NCBI GenBank assembly: GCA_029953675.1
Contig: JAMWBK010000004.1
Span: forward strand, 992,001 to 1,056,000
Direction: 5' to 3'
DNA length: 64,000 nucleotides
Source of the DNA: Rhodosorus marinus CCMP1338
Lineage: Eukaryota > Plantae > Rhodophyta
The notes beneath the pieces were generated by a model that saw only the letters and a list, made by a program, of their open reading frames with translations, had not been told where the DNA came from and did not search any database. A program made the position numbers and the translations under genes. This document shows, piece by piece, positions 33,301 to 44,892 of this stretch; the stretch's first letter is position 1; the number at the start of each line of letters is the position of its first letter.

Positions 33301-33399
33301 ATACCACACCACGTGGGAGTGGGCACCTGGCCGATGACCCGCTGATGGCTCCGAGAATGTTCACTAGATTTCTCGTCCTGCTGCCTTTTAACTACTAAG

Positions 33400-34130
33400 A
33401 GCGCAAAGATTTGATGCCCCCAACATCAAATCAGCTTTCATACGCCACAACAGGAAACTCAAACAGGTTAAGAACGAGGAGAGCCGGCCAGGGCGCTCGC
33501 GGAAAAAACGCCACAGTTTGTGGTTGCAAATAAATATTTGCAACCACAAACTGTGGCGCTAACGAAGACCAAGACAAATGGGGAATGTAAGGAGCTTCCT
33601 CAATGGGGTAGCAAACTAGACTCTAAGGGAAAACTATTGTTTGGAGACGAATCGCGTATCATCGCATTGGCAGCTGACGTTGCATTAGCGCACGAATCCA
33701 AATTACTTAATGACCAAAGGCACCAGCCGATGTACTAAAGCCGAAGCGCGAATTTCTGGGGTAGACAAACCCCCCTCGTATTTCACAGGTTGAGAGCGCC
33801 TATGGTGGCAGCATTGGCATCAAGGTGCTCCTCCGCCGCCGTCAGATAACGGTTATCCGGGGGTCTGGGTACAACAAGATCTACGTACGCCTTGCGACGA
33901 CCATGTTCGCAAGTGCAAGCGCAGTTATCAGATACTAACTACTCTGAGAGCACTAAAATACCAAAGACGCATGTAATGCGCTTCAAAGCCCATGGCGGCG
34001 TTCATGCGCCATAGCACGAAGCTCAGAGCCCTTTTCAGACCGGAGAGTGTATCCTGGCACTCACGGAGGCATTCTTTGAGCCAAACCACTCCCCTACCGT
34101 CCAGAAACCGAACGACTCAAATAGCAAACG
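33400..34130 (-). mobile_element. Heavily degraded family A-like RLE region
   Basis: RRKAYVDLVVP..RYL, ASALVHRLVPLVI, LSFLLWRMKADLML. Confidence 0.6.
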
Positions 34131-34139
34131 GGACTAGAC

Positions 34140-35900
34140 AATGCGCACCCTCCAGATTTCAGGTCTAGTCGACGACAACGTGCGGGACACGATGTGGCAG
34201 GCAGTGGTCTCCGGACGACTGACGGTATCCTCCAGCAACGGCAACTTGTGGTAGAGTATTCTCACGATATTGTTTCTCAGCTCCGCTCCACGTTTTCCCG
34301 CGGAAGACTCTCCGTGGGTCTCGTCTTTGACGCGGAGATGGAGGCGTCCCAACCAGCCTGCCAGGCTGGTTGGGACGTGTGAGGGTGAACAGTTGGTGGT
34401 TACCTCGGATGCGGTGCGAGAGGTGGCCCAGTCTGCCCTCCGAAGGGTCGTTCTCCTGGGCACTCGGGGTTGCGTGTGGAGTATCGAACGAATGGTTTAA
34501 TCGGAGGCTGAAACAAAAAACCCCGAGGGGAAAAAAAGACTAAGTGCGGCGAAGAACTCGCGCCTCCAACATCAAAGCGGCATTCATGCGCCACAGCAGG
34601 AAACTTAAGCGGGTAAACAACGATTGAAGACGGTCAGGGCGTTCGCGGAACAACTCCCGAAGCCAGCGAGAACCAACAGAGTCCATGAACCCAAAGCACT
34701 CAATGATCACGGGTACCAAGCGATGTGCTAGTGCCGAAGCACGAACACCAGGGGAAGACAAAGCCCCTGCGTATTTGATCTCTTTGCGGCATCTCATACT
34801 GGCGGCGGCAGATCCACGGCGCTCCCCCGCAGCCGGGAGATAACGACTAGCTTGAGGATTAGGAACAGCAAGATCAACGTATGTGGTACGGGGGCTGTCG
34901 TCACAGGTGATCACCAGGTCGGCTACACGGCGTTCATCATTTTGAAAGTCCGCGACGGGTAAAGTTTTCTCACGTTCGATTTCCAGACGGGCTTGCCGGA
35001 CTATAGGCCGAAGTTCCCGGTATAACAGGTTCAAGATCCGTGTATGGCGGCGGGTTCGGGCACCTTTCACCGCCAGTATCACCGCCTTTTGGATGAGGAC
35101 AGTATGAAAGCGACAACGCAGTGCTGGAGGGATCGTCAATGGCGATCCTTTTTGTGATCGCATATGCTTTTTACTGGGGCGAACGCAGCTATATTTTGCT
35201 CTCCAAGTCGAGTCATACTGCTTCGATTCCTACCATTCGCCCTATTGGCATGGTGGAAATGGTCCGGAAACTGGCCGCCAGTTGGCCGGTCAAGGTTTTG
35301 TTCCCCAAAATCCTGCTGTTTCTTTAGACACACGCAGTTGAGCGTGGGTTATCGCGGTGGTTGCTAGCTGTTGTTACCCCTTTCTTGCTCGGAAATGACC
35401 TACTTCCCGGATTACAGGTAATTATACCTAGACTTCGGGAAGGAATTTAATCGTCTCTCCTGCCGGCCATCATGCATGTGGTACATCAGGTCCCTGTAGC
35501 TTTTCCATTTTTTTGTCGTGTGTACTCTTTGCTGGGCCATGGGCCGATCTATGAAATCCATGGCCCCTCCTCGCACTCCTTTGGGCGCGGGCTGGGGTTC
35601 AACAGGGTGACCGCTTGCCCCGCTCTTGCACGCCCGTCGAAATCAGGTCGTTTTGCTAGCCTGCATTCCGAGTTCCGCACAGTGAGATTTGCCACGATGT
35701 CTGCCTCCTGCTCCCCCCTTCCCCCCGGATGCTCTCACGGCGGCGTACGATCGTCTTCTCACAATGACACTACCGAACATTCCGGACTAGTTCGGAGACT
35801 GGCAAAAACCACCACCACCAGGTATGGGCAGGCCACAAAAGGTACACAAGCGGTAAGAAGGTACCCCGTAGCCTTTATCCCAGAGTAACGTAACCCCAGT
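34140..35900 (+). mobile_element. Degraded CRE-like RT region interrupted by a family A copy
   Basis: KGRSPGHSGLRVEYHRLL (reads through when the insert is removed), IRPIGMVEMVRKLA, VGYRGGC, LDFGKEFN, GVQQGD, CHDVCLL. Confidence 0.7.
34486..35074 (-). mobile_element. Young family A 3' fragment with 6-bp TSD
   Basis: AGTATC at 34480-34485 and 35075-35080; near-identical to 5925-6513. Confidence 0.88.
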
Positions 35901-36117
35901 ATACCAGTCATCATCCAATCCTTTCTGCCCTCAAGTGAGATGACCAGTGGAAACCGCTTTGCGCAGATCTAAGTTATCATAGCGATCCTTAGTCTCCGAC
36001 TCTGGTTTGATCCCATATGAAAGGGCTGAGGAGGGAGCACAGGCTCGTCCGTTGTTTGACCGGAAAACAAAAAAAAATTAATATTTATATGTCCATAGAT
36101 GACCTTCGGTTGCTATC

Positions 36118-37005
36118 CTACACGTCATATTCACTGCGGAGGTCTGAGTGCTCCGGGTACTCATTAGGATCTTCGACTATTATATCGGAGCTGACATAGG
36201 AGCGCTCTTGCTCTAGACCTTCGACTATTTTATCGAAACTGACATAAGAGCGCTCTTGCTCTAGATCGTCTTTCACCGGTTGCTTTCTGAACATTGCCAT
36301 GACCCTGAGGACGAAGACGGCGGTCACAGTGACGAGGTCGAATATCACTAGAGCGAAGAAGAATGGACTCAGCTTATCGACGAAGTCGAGGAACTGGCAC
36401 ATAGACGATGCTTCGCCGAATGATGCCGCACAATCGTTGGCGATTGATGCACAGATGAATGCTGCGAGCTCAAGTCCTCCTACGAGAAACAGAGGAACCT
36501 CAACCAGAGAATCGAAGAAGAGCACGAATCTTAGGGTCCACTCGAAGACGTTGTCCGCCCGCCAAAACCTACAAGGTTCGTTGAAGAAAGGTTTTCCGTC
36601 GAGGATTGTCATCCCTCGAAGGGACGATCGGTAGATATCAAACCGGCCACAACAGAAACACAGTGAAATAGCCACGCACGTCGCGGCGATTAGGTAGATC
36701 AGTGGCCAGGAGAAGAAGGCAATTATCGTCAGGTGAAGGGCGCTAATGACCATGCTCACACACGGATACTCGCAAGGAGAATCCGTGATGTTCAAGTGCT
36801 GATCGAAACCATCTCCACAATTCTCCACATCAACACAAATGTCCTCGGAATTGCCGGTCGCTTGATACACGATGGGGTAAACAATCGAGGTCGGCGGAAC
36901 GTTGTAATTGAAAAACAAGTAGATGCTCGTACAAAGCATAAACAGGTTGATCAAAAGATACATACACATCAAACACAGAGTCTTCACCCTCGACATTTTC
37001 GACAT
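36118..37005 (-). CDS. Four-transmembrane protein, 295 aa, with Cys-containing loops and a duplicated 16-aa C-terminal repeat
   Basis: Start MSKMSRVK; four hydrophobic segments; LEQERSYVS(F/S)D(K/I)IVE twice (48-bp unit). Confidence 0.75.
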   Translation of the reverse strand: MSKMSRVKTLCLMCMYLLINLFMLCTSIYLFFNYNVPPTSIVYPIVYQATGNSEDICVDVENCGDGFDQHLNITDSPCEYPCVSMVISALHLTIIAFFSWPLIYLIAATCVAISLCFCCGRFDIYRSSLRGMTILDGKPFFNEPCRFWRADNVFEWTLRFVLFFDSLVEVPLFLVGGLELAAFICASIANDCAASFGEASSMCQFLDFVDKLSPFFFALVIFDLVTVTAVFVLRVMAMFRKQPVKDDLEQERSYVSFDKIVEGLEQERSYVSSDIIVEDPNEYPEHSDLRSEYDV

Positions 37006-38639
37006 TTTCCCACCCCCGAAAAACAACAACCTTCAACACCCCCTCACGAGTTCTCATCTAACCATGCGTCACTGCAAGCTCGACTTCCAGAGTTCACTCG
37101 CCAGTCCCAGTCTACATATACAAACGAGTCGAGTCGAAGTATTGGTTCAATCCCAGCTGTCGATCACCTTGTACAGCCGCCACCTTGAGAAACGTTTTCC
37201 CAACTAGGCGTCATGTGTTGGTGCTGCGAGAGGTCTCCATTGGAGAAAAAAATGGATCAGGATCCTGCACAGGGGCCAATCAACGACGCTACTCATGTTG
37301 TCAGCACAAGTCGACTAACTGAAAGCAGAGAAGAGTTGTCAGTCTCCTCGCAGCAAAGGTTGGGGCAATCAATCCAAAAAAAAGCAAACCACACCAAAAA
37401 GTATAGTATAGTGACAACCCAGCTGCGGCCATAGATAAGCTATTTTTGTCCCTGCCTTACTGCTAATTCTACCGGCTTCGACTTTTCACGACAGTTAAAG
37501 GTAGAATTGAGCCAACCAAATGGGGCCTTCCCGACATGTTGGTATATTTATGGATTATAGTCCTAAGTTTAGACATTCCCAACGGCCTATTACGTTTAAA
37601 TATATCTGAAATCCAATATATCAGGAGTGTTATTTGTTAATTATGGATTCAAGATATGTTTGGGAGAGCAGGATCTTACGATTCTAGCAGCAGAAGAATA
37701 TTCCGCATTCTAATTATTTTCGAGCACATTTTACAATTTCGGCTTTCTGGAGAGTTAATGAATTCGAGCTGACGATTGCCATCTTTTCTAGCTGAATTTA
37801 TTCCGAAAACTACGAACGGAATGGATGAATTTTAGCGTATCTAATCAACAAATTCATTCTCCTCCAATAGAGAGCACCCGAATTAGCGGATTGGGTTCTA
37901 CTAAATAATGAAAAACCATACGATAGCGCGGAAATCCAGAGCGGGAAATTGAGTTGGATTCGGCATGAAAGGATGCCAATATTTTTGTTGAAACTACATT
38001 TTTGTGGAAGTAAGAATTTGAGCCATTTCCTTTTTTGCCCTGAGAAACCGTTGTATCTAGAGCCAACCGCCACATGAGATACTCATCAATCATTTAGGAA
38101 ACCTCGTTATTGAGCTGGTTTTGGGTTGTAAATGAGCGTGTTTGAACGTTGTGTTCCTTCGGGAATGAATTTGCGCGAATATGGTTCTCAAATAAGCAAA
38201 ACCAAGTGTTACCGAGGGAAGCTTGATATTGGAAATAATGTCAAAACTTCGGTAGAGTCATTTGGAGTCTCACCATCTCGGTATCGACCTCTCCATTACG
38301 GCGGAGTTGCGATCGATCTTCTTGCTCTGGATGAATGAATCAGAGTTACGGTGTCTTACTCTCCGTGATTTGGATGAAGCACCGTCCCAGCCAGAGCCGA
38401 GGTTGTGTGGACGAGGGTAGATTAAGTTCAATATGTGCTTATAAGTAAAATCCATTAGCGAACCAAATCACCTCGTAAAACTTGATAGTAGAAATAGTAC
38501 TCTGCGTGAAAGCTTCCTCTACCCGATTTGGATACCGACGTGAAGAGGGTAGCGCATCTTTACTGTACCCTCGTCACCACCGACCGGCCAAGGGGGCGGC
38601 ATTCACCGTCGAGGGATGCCACGCAAAAAAATGCGAGTT

Positions 38640-38790
38640 TAGAAAAACAGTAAAAAAATGGAAAAAGTGGAAAAAGAGTAAAAAATGGAAAAAGAGTAAA
38701 AAAGTGGAAATTGTGGAAAATGTGGAAAGGGTGGAAAAGGTGGAAAAAGTGAAAAACACGGCAGAAGTGGAAAAAGTGGAAAAAGTGTAA
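38640..38790. repeat. Low-complexity (GTGGAAAAA)-type 9-bp repeat
   Basis: Repeated AAAAGTGG/GTGGAAAA units. Confidence 0.7.
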
Positions 38791-38864
38791 AATAGGGGTG
38801 TGTGCCAAGTGGGTCGGGTTTTTCGCTGTTTACGTCCCAGAAGTGGTTAAACCCGGGGAAAGGG

Positions 38865-39420
38865 TCAATAGGCGATTCCAGAACGCCTTAACGTAGGTGG
38901 CAGAGAAATTTTCATGACTATAGCGGGTTTTTAGTGGGAAAAGGGAAATCCACCTGGTTTTTTAGGGTTAAAGTTTTTTTTTAATTTTTGGGCACTTTAA
39001 CGGGAGCGCGGAGATGGTGAAGCAGAGGACAAGGGACCTACAGGGTATATGAGTAGAAGAGCTACTTGAGCTCGACTCGGCCTTTTTGAGCATTCCCAGA
39101 TTGGATAATTAAGTTTCTTGAAGGAAGTGGGATCATCGTTCTTTTCACAAGAGCATTGGAAGGCCGAGGGATAGTCATGAAATAGATGCGGAGGCAATAA
39201 GTCCTAGCTTGCGAACATCAAGTCTTTGTAGGGACTTTTTCCAAGTTTTTGGAGTTCGTTTCTTTGGCTAGAAGTTATTTATCATCAGTTTATTCAATAA
39301 AGGAATAACTCCTCAGCTTCTGTGTTTCAAGTTGCACAGGCTTCGGATGCCTTTCTAGGAAGTATCTGAAATGAAGAGTTCATCAACGTCTTCATATTTC
39401 GGAAGAAGCTTTCCGGTCCT
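38865..39420 (-). mobile_element. Family E fragment
   Basis: Aligns with 24140-24800 (for example GGAAGTGGGATCATCGTTCTTTTCACAAGAGCA). Confidence 0.5.
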
Positions 39421-39640
39421 TTCTCCTCGCCATCTGTATCTTAGTAGCTCTGCTAGACTACGTGAACGGAACGTTCATTCTACTCTTTGAACTCGTGCAT
39501 GCTAGCAGCGTCCAGCGGGTAGAAAGCAACTACGCGATCTCCAGGGTTGAATAAAACCTCCCTCACCGTCAACTCCTCATGCAGTTCCTTCAGATCTTCC
39601 GCAAGATCTGTCGTCACCGGTTCTGCCTCCTGTCAAGACC

Positions 39641-40075
39641 TCAGGTTGTTGTCGATTCCGAAACACCTAACATTGCATGAAAGTGGGAACAAATCAATGC
39701 CGAATGCACTGCTGAATTGTATCGAAAACAAACCAAAACGGCTTGATCATATAGAGTACTGTTGAACTTCTCAGCCGCTCCGTTGGTCTGAAGATGAAAA
39801 GCACTTGTCAGGAGCCTTCTTCTGCCCATCTTTCTGCAGATATCTTGCAGGGCATTTGAGAAGAAACTCGTTCCCGAGCGCTCCGAGGGACCAAAAAGTA
39901 GAAACCATCGCTCCGTGATGATCTTCGATAGCACCTCCGTCCCCGCTCGAATCGGTATAACTACCTCGAATCTCGTCAGAAAATCCGTATCGACCAAGAC
40001 CTTACAATGAACATTGACGACTTTTGGCGATACCTCTACTACATCAGCTGCCACGATCTCAAACCGCCCTGTCCG
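39641..40075 (-). mobile_element. Ty3/gypsy integrase core remnant
   Basis: RFEIVAADVVE, FLTRFEVVIPI, WFLLFGP, TSAFHLQTNGAAEKFNSTL. Confidence 0.75.
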
Positions 40076-40655
40076 AGTGCTTCCCCATCCTGTCAAAGGA
40101 CCGCGTTTTCAAAGGCCCAAGCTTCCCCCACTGTTCCAAACCTTTGAAAACAGGTGCATTTTTCCGTTGCCCACTAAGAATCCACGATATTCAGGGCGGT
40201 AGAGCACGAGCAACAGTGGGGGAAGCTTGACCGATTGGAAAACGGTCCGTTGACAGGTTGGGCAGCAGTTCTGTGGAGGTAGTGAAACAGAGGACAATGG
40301 ATCCACAGGGTATGCGAAGAGCAACTTGAGCTCGACTCGGTCTTGGGAGAATTCGCCAGTTTGCAGGTGATTAAATGAATCCTGGACGCGACTAGCGGGA
40401 GCACCAGTTCTCAAACATACCACCTCACCTCTGGGTCTTCAAAAAACAGCCGAAAAACGGTGGTTTTACTATTAGCAGAAACGGTAGGTTATGTTAGGCC
40501 ATAATCCTTGCGAGCTTATCGCCGAGCTCTTCTGCTTGTTTCCTTTCTCCATGGGCGGACAAAAGTCAGTTGTGTAAACTCCCTCGCGTTTTCCGCTTTA
40601 GCGAAACGACGCTTGAAGGCGCGAACTCTGGCGCTGAAGCAGATCTCCCGCTGGA

Positions 40656-40850
40656 TCAGTGAGTGTCACCTGCCATCATGTACCGATTGCGCTTCTCCAG
40701 GCACTTGAGGCGTTCCATTTTGTTGCTTACCGGTAGGCCGCAATGCTTGCAAATCAGCTTAGCCCCAACATTGTCGTGGTTGCGGATTTTGCAACGTTTT
40801 GGTATCCTGAAGTTGCAACCCAGTTCATAGTCCTTTTTCCTCGTCATCTG
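40656..40850 (-). mobile_element. Possible BED zinc-finger remnant (hAT-like)
   Basis: AKLICKHCGLPVSNKMERLK resembles CxxC..RLKxH; short and degenerate. Confidence 0.25.
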
Positions 40851-40863
40851 TATCGCAGTAGTT

Positions 40864-41807
40864 CAGCGCGCTGGGAGCCGAGCTCAAGCACGCACGGATG
40901 CGCTGCAAAATATCCTTTCTTGGGACTTGCACCGTGCTGCATATGGCCGACTCCTCGCGCAGATGGTCTCATCTTCTCGCGCTCGCGCCCGCCTACGTAG
41001 TCTTGGAGGGGTTCTTAGCTCTCAGTGGCTCATGACCGTACCAGCCTTTCCGCCACTCACACTGTCGGATTTCGAAGTGCGTACTTCACTGCGCTTATAC
41101 CTCGGCTTACAGCAGCCCCCTTGGCCGTACGAGATGGGTTCGTCGTGCCCTCTCTGCTCTCAGACTGAAGACAACGCAGATTTTGGCGCCCACCTGCTCG
41201 CTAGTTGCCCGGCGGTGAAAGGTGCTCGAACCCGCCGCCACACACGGATCTTGAACCTGTTATACCGGGAACTTCGGCCTATAGTCCAGCAAGCCGGTCT
41301 GGAAATCGAACGTGAGAAACCTTTACCCGTCGCGGACTTTCAAAATGATGAACGCCGTGTAGCCGACCTGGTGATAACCTGTGACGACAGCCGCCGTACC
41401 ACATACGTTGATCTTGCTGTTCCCAACCCTCAAGCTAGTCGTTATCTCCCGGCTGCAGGGGAGCGCCGTGGATCTGCCGCCGCCAGCATGAGACGCCGCA
41501 AAGAGATCAAATACGCGGGGGCTTTGTCTTCCCCTGGTGTTCGTGCTTCGGCACTAGCACATCGCTTGGTACCCCTGATCATTGAGTGCTTTGGGTTCAT
41601 GGACTCTGTTGGTAGTCGCTGGCTTCGGGAGTTGTTCCGCGAACGCCCTGACCGTCTTCAATCGTTGTTTACCCGCTTAAGTTTCCTGCTGTGGCGCATG
41701 AATGCCGCTTTGATGTTGGAGGCGCGAGTACTTCGCCGCGCTTAGTCTTTTTTTCCCCTCGGGGTTTTTTTTTTTTTCAGCCTCCGATTAAACCATTCAT
41801 TCATTCA
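40864..41807 (+). mobile_element. Young family A 3' fragment (CCHC + RLE), tail (TTCA)3
   Basis: Near-identical to 5578-6513; ORF 40927-41745 is intact; no TSD found. Confidence 0.9.
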
Positions 41808-42191
41808 GTTCTGCTACTCTGTGTGAACGGAGCAAATAGTCTACTCTTTGACCTCGGGCATGCTAACAGCAGATTATGTCAACCCATAGCCATCCGTCCG
41901 CGTTCCCATTTTCCATCGCTTTCCGCCACTCCAGAATATATTGAAACAAGCAAGAAACATATGTGCAAGCTGTATGACCAATAGAAGAGGCTTCGGGTTC
42001 ACGTTCACCATTCATAATCCTTTAAGAAAACCAAGTCCTTATCATTGGTAACCATAGCTCTAATTAAAGTATAAAAACACACCAGATTTAAAATACTACT
42101 TTATACAATTTAATTGTTTTCCATTTACGCAATAAATTACTGTAATTACAAGGTGCGTGAGCCAATCATTAAATTGCCCACCAACTCAAGG

Positions 42192-42379
42192 CTGGCCTTA
42201 CCCAAACTGGGCTTACCCAAACTGGGCTTTACCCAAACTGGGCTTACCCAAACTGGACTTACCCAAACTGGGCTTACCCACACTGGGCTTACCCGCACTG
42301 ATGGGCTGGACTTTACTGATGGGCTGGACTTTACTGATGGGCTGGACTTTACTGATGGGCTTACCCAAACTGGGCTTTA
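42192..42379. repeat. Compound minisatellite: 15-bp ACCCAAACTGGGCTT (about 7 units) and 18-bp ACTGATGGGCTGGACTTT (3 units)
   Basis: Read directly; sits inside the dispersed repeat 42035-42600, whose 26-kb homologue lacks the array. Confidence 0.9.
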
Positions 42380-42705
42380 TTTTCCCAGGCAGAGTCGATT
42401 CCGTGCAACGAACAAGGGTGGATAATTCGTTTTGATGGGGTGGGCATTATTTTAACGGGTAATTCCACTTCCCCGCTCCGGAAAAGTTTTATATTCTACC
42501 ATTGTGGAAAAGTGCCAAGAGTAAACGGCACACAAATATTCCCTGCCCCCGGGGGGGGTGGGAGGTGGCAATTCACTTCCTGGACAACCGGAGGCGCAGG
42601 ATAGTCGCCCCAAATAGTCTTTTTTCCTTCAGGGTTTATTCTTTCGGGGGGGGGGAGACTAAAATCTACAACAGAAGCCACATTCAATCACATGGGACAT
42701 CTTCT

Positions 42706-43025
42706 CAGGAACGACGGTATGCTGAGAGCATGGCCAGTTTCCCCTCTGCAGGGGGGCGTGCTCTCACAGGTTCCAGCCTTTCATTGTGGAAAGTTTTAGG
42801 CACATCTGGAAAAGTCCAGCTTGGAGTGGCTGCGGAAATGTTTTACTGACCATCCTGTTGAATATCTGTTTCTCTTATCCGGTTAAGTGTCGCTCTCTGG
42901 CGATATTCTATCAGAGTGTTCGCCGAGGTGCGCCATCGCCGCCTGGCTTTGCACTTTAGCTCCCTAGTTTCTAGTTCCCTTTCCCTCCCTGCGTAGTGCT
43001 TTAGGCTATCCTACTAAACCACGAA
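42706..43025 (+). mobile_element. Diverged family B 3' fragment with 9-bp TSD; a second tail plus duplicated flank at 43145-43270
   Basis: ACATCTTCT at 42697-42705 and 43026-43034; ERRYAESMASFP. Confidence 0.7.
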
Positions 43026-43994
43026 ACATCTTCTTCAATCAGGAAACCGCAACCCCACCCCCCGCGCCCCCTCCCCTTTCTCGTTGCTCAATACGAAACC
43101 TCCATGACCTTGAAGAGATGCAGAACGCTTGGACAGAGTAAAACAAACCCTTTCACGCACTGCGTAGCGCTTCAGGCTATACTAGTAAATCCATCCAACA
43201 TTTTCTTCAATCAGGAAAGCCCACCCTACTTACCCCCACGCACAATCTCCCTCTTTCTCGTTGCTTGCAAGAAACCTCGATCACCTGGAAGGGGTGCAAA
43301 ACACTTGGAAGCAACCAAAAGGAAAAATAGGTAAGAACATAATATATTTCTGGCATTCTCCACGAACGTTTAGAATAGTTCAGTTTGTTGACTGAATGAA
43401 TATGTGTATATTCGAGTGGTGAACCACCAATTCTGTTGGTTCATATTGCCAAATTCGCGACCTCCTGACAAAAAGGACCTTGTACGGATTTTGCATCTTT
43501 AGGTTGAATGTTGAACAAAATATGTCCATTTATTGTTCTAAAAAATCAACCTGAATTGTTTTTGTAAATTGATCATGTATATACACCCGTACCAAAACCT
43601 GAAAAATATAAAAATATATTCTGTACAGTTGAGATGTCGATCACCGAACTTCCACAATTATATTCGTTTACGAAAAACCCTTAATGAAGGCTACGACAAT
43701 AACGTATAGTCTATATTATGGTTGTTTTTATCTAAGAAAGCTCCTATTCAATAGAAGATATATATCCCCATGTCTATCCATTTACATAATTTAATTGTAA
43801 AAATGCTTTGATTCTCCTGAAACCAGCTCTTCCCTTTTTGCTGTGCTCTACACAAGACAACCCAAAAAAAAAATCTCTAACATGCTTATGGTCTCGAAAA
43901 ACCATCGCCTCACCCCACCCCAAGGGCCCGTACCCACCAAGGGGGGGTGTGGGGTTGAGCTCTGCTTGAGACTTCCTAGGAGAGATCAAAGATG

Positions 43995-44175
43995 TTCTCC
44001 AGTCCGGGAACCCCCTGACCGTCTGTCCACGTCGTTTACCCGTTAAAGTTTCTCACTGTGGCGTATGAACGCTGTTTTGATGTTGGGGGTTGGTGATCTT
44101 CGCCCCGCTTGGTCTTTTTTTTTTCCCCCGAGGGTTTTTTGTTCCTTCAGCCCCCGATTAAACAGTTTCATTCGC
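43995..44175 (+). mobile_element. Family A 3' fragment
   Basis: PDRLSTSFTR*SFSLWRMNAVLML followed by a T-rich UTR and CCCCGATTAAAC. Confidence 0.7.
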
Positions 44176-44585
44176 GACAAGTATTAAATAGATAAATAGA
44201 TATAACTGAACCGTTTAAGGGAGGGTGGTGAAATCTTGTCTTTCGGAGATTGATGATCTATATTTAGGCTGATCTCTTCTTGTTTTTGAGCTGACCAGTG
44301 CAGTTCAATATTTCAAGGCGATTAGTTCATAAAAAAAAAATTTCTAGGCTAATAAGGCACCAGATAACGAGCTAGATGTAAGTACTTACAAACCAATCCT
44401 CGAGGTAAGGGATGGGTCCATTAACAGGATCTTCGACTGAGAATCGGGACAAGGACACGGCTACGACGACAAGGACTGGGTCAATGCCCGGGGCTCCTAG
44501 TTCCCTGACGGTTATGGATAGTTTCTGGAGATTTGTGAGAAAATTTTTGTCGCGGGATGGTTGGGGGCTCCTCCCCCCTGGCAGT

Positions 44586-44669
44586 ATCGCGCATGACGAA
44601 CTCTTTTGACTCGATCGCGCATGACGAACTCTTTTGACTCGATCGCGCATGACGAACTCTTTCGACCCG
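44586..44669. repeat. 28-bp tandem repeat, three units, upstream of the sulfatase
   Basis: ATCGCGCATGACGAACTCTTTTGACTCG twice exactly, plus one variant unit. Confidence 0.9.
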
Positions 44670-44892
44670 ATAGCGCAAACGTGTAAAACAATTATGAACA
44701 ATGTTGCGTCTTTTCGACGAGAGATGGGTTGCCATCTTCGCTTCCGGGAGGATGCAGATTTGCTAGGGACAGCGCGCTGGATATTCGTTTTAGTTGCGAG
44801 GTTGGGGAGTTTTTGAAGTCGCGAGTTTGATTAGGTGAGGAGGAAGGGTGACGGTTGTTTGATCGCGGTTAGCGTGCTGTTTTTTTTCTTCC

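Noticed and set aside
38482-38808. KWKK/VEK-rich and Phe/His-rich ORFs
   Set aside because: Products of a low-complexity 9-bp repeat; no other coding evidence.
42192-42379. CRISPR array or telomeric repeat
   Set aside because: Units are contiguous with no unique spacers and no cas genes; it does not match a telomere motif I know and sits inside a dispersed repeat.
44586-44669. 28-bp repeats as a mini-CRISPR
   Set aside because: No spacers between units.
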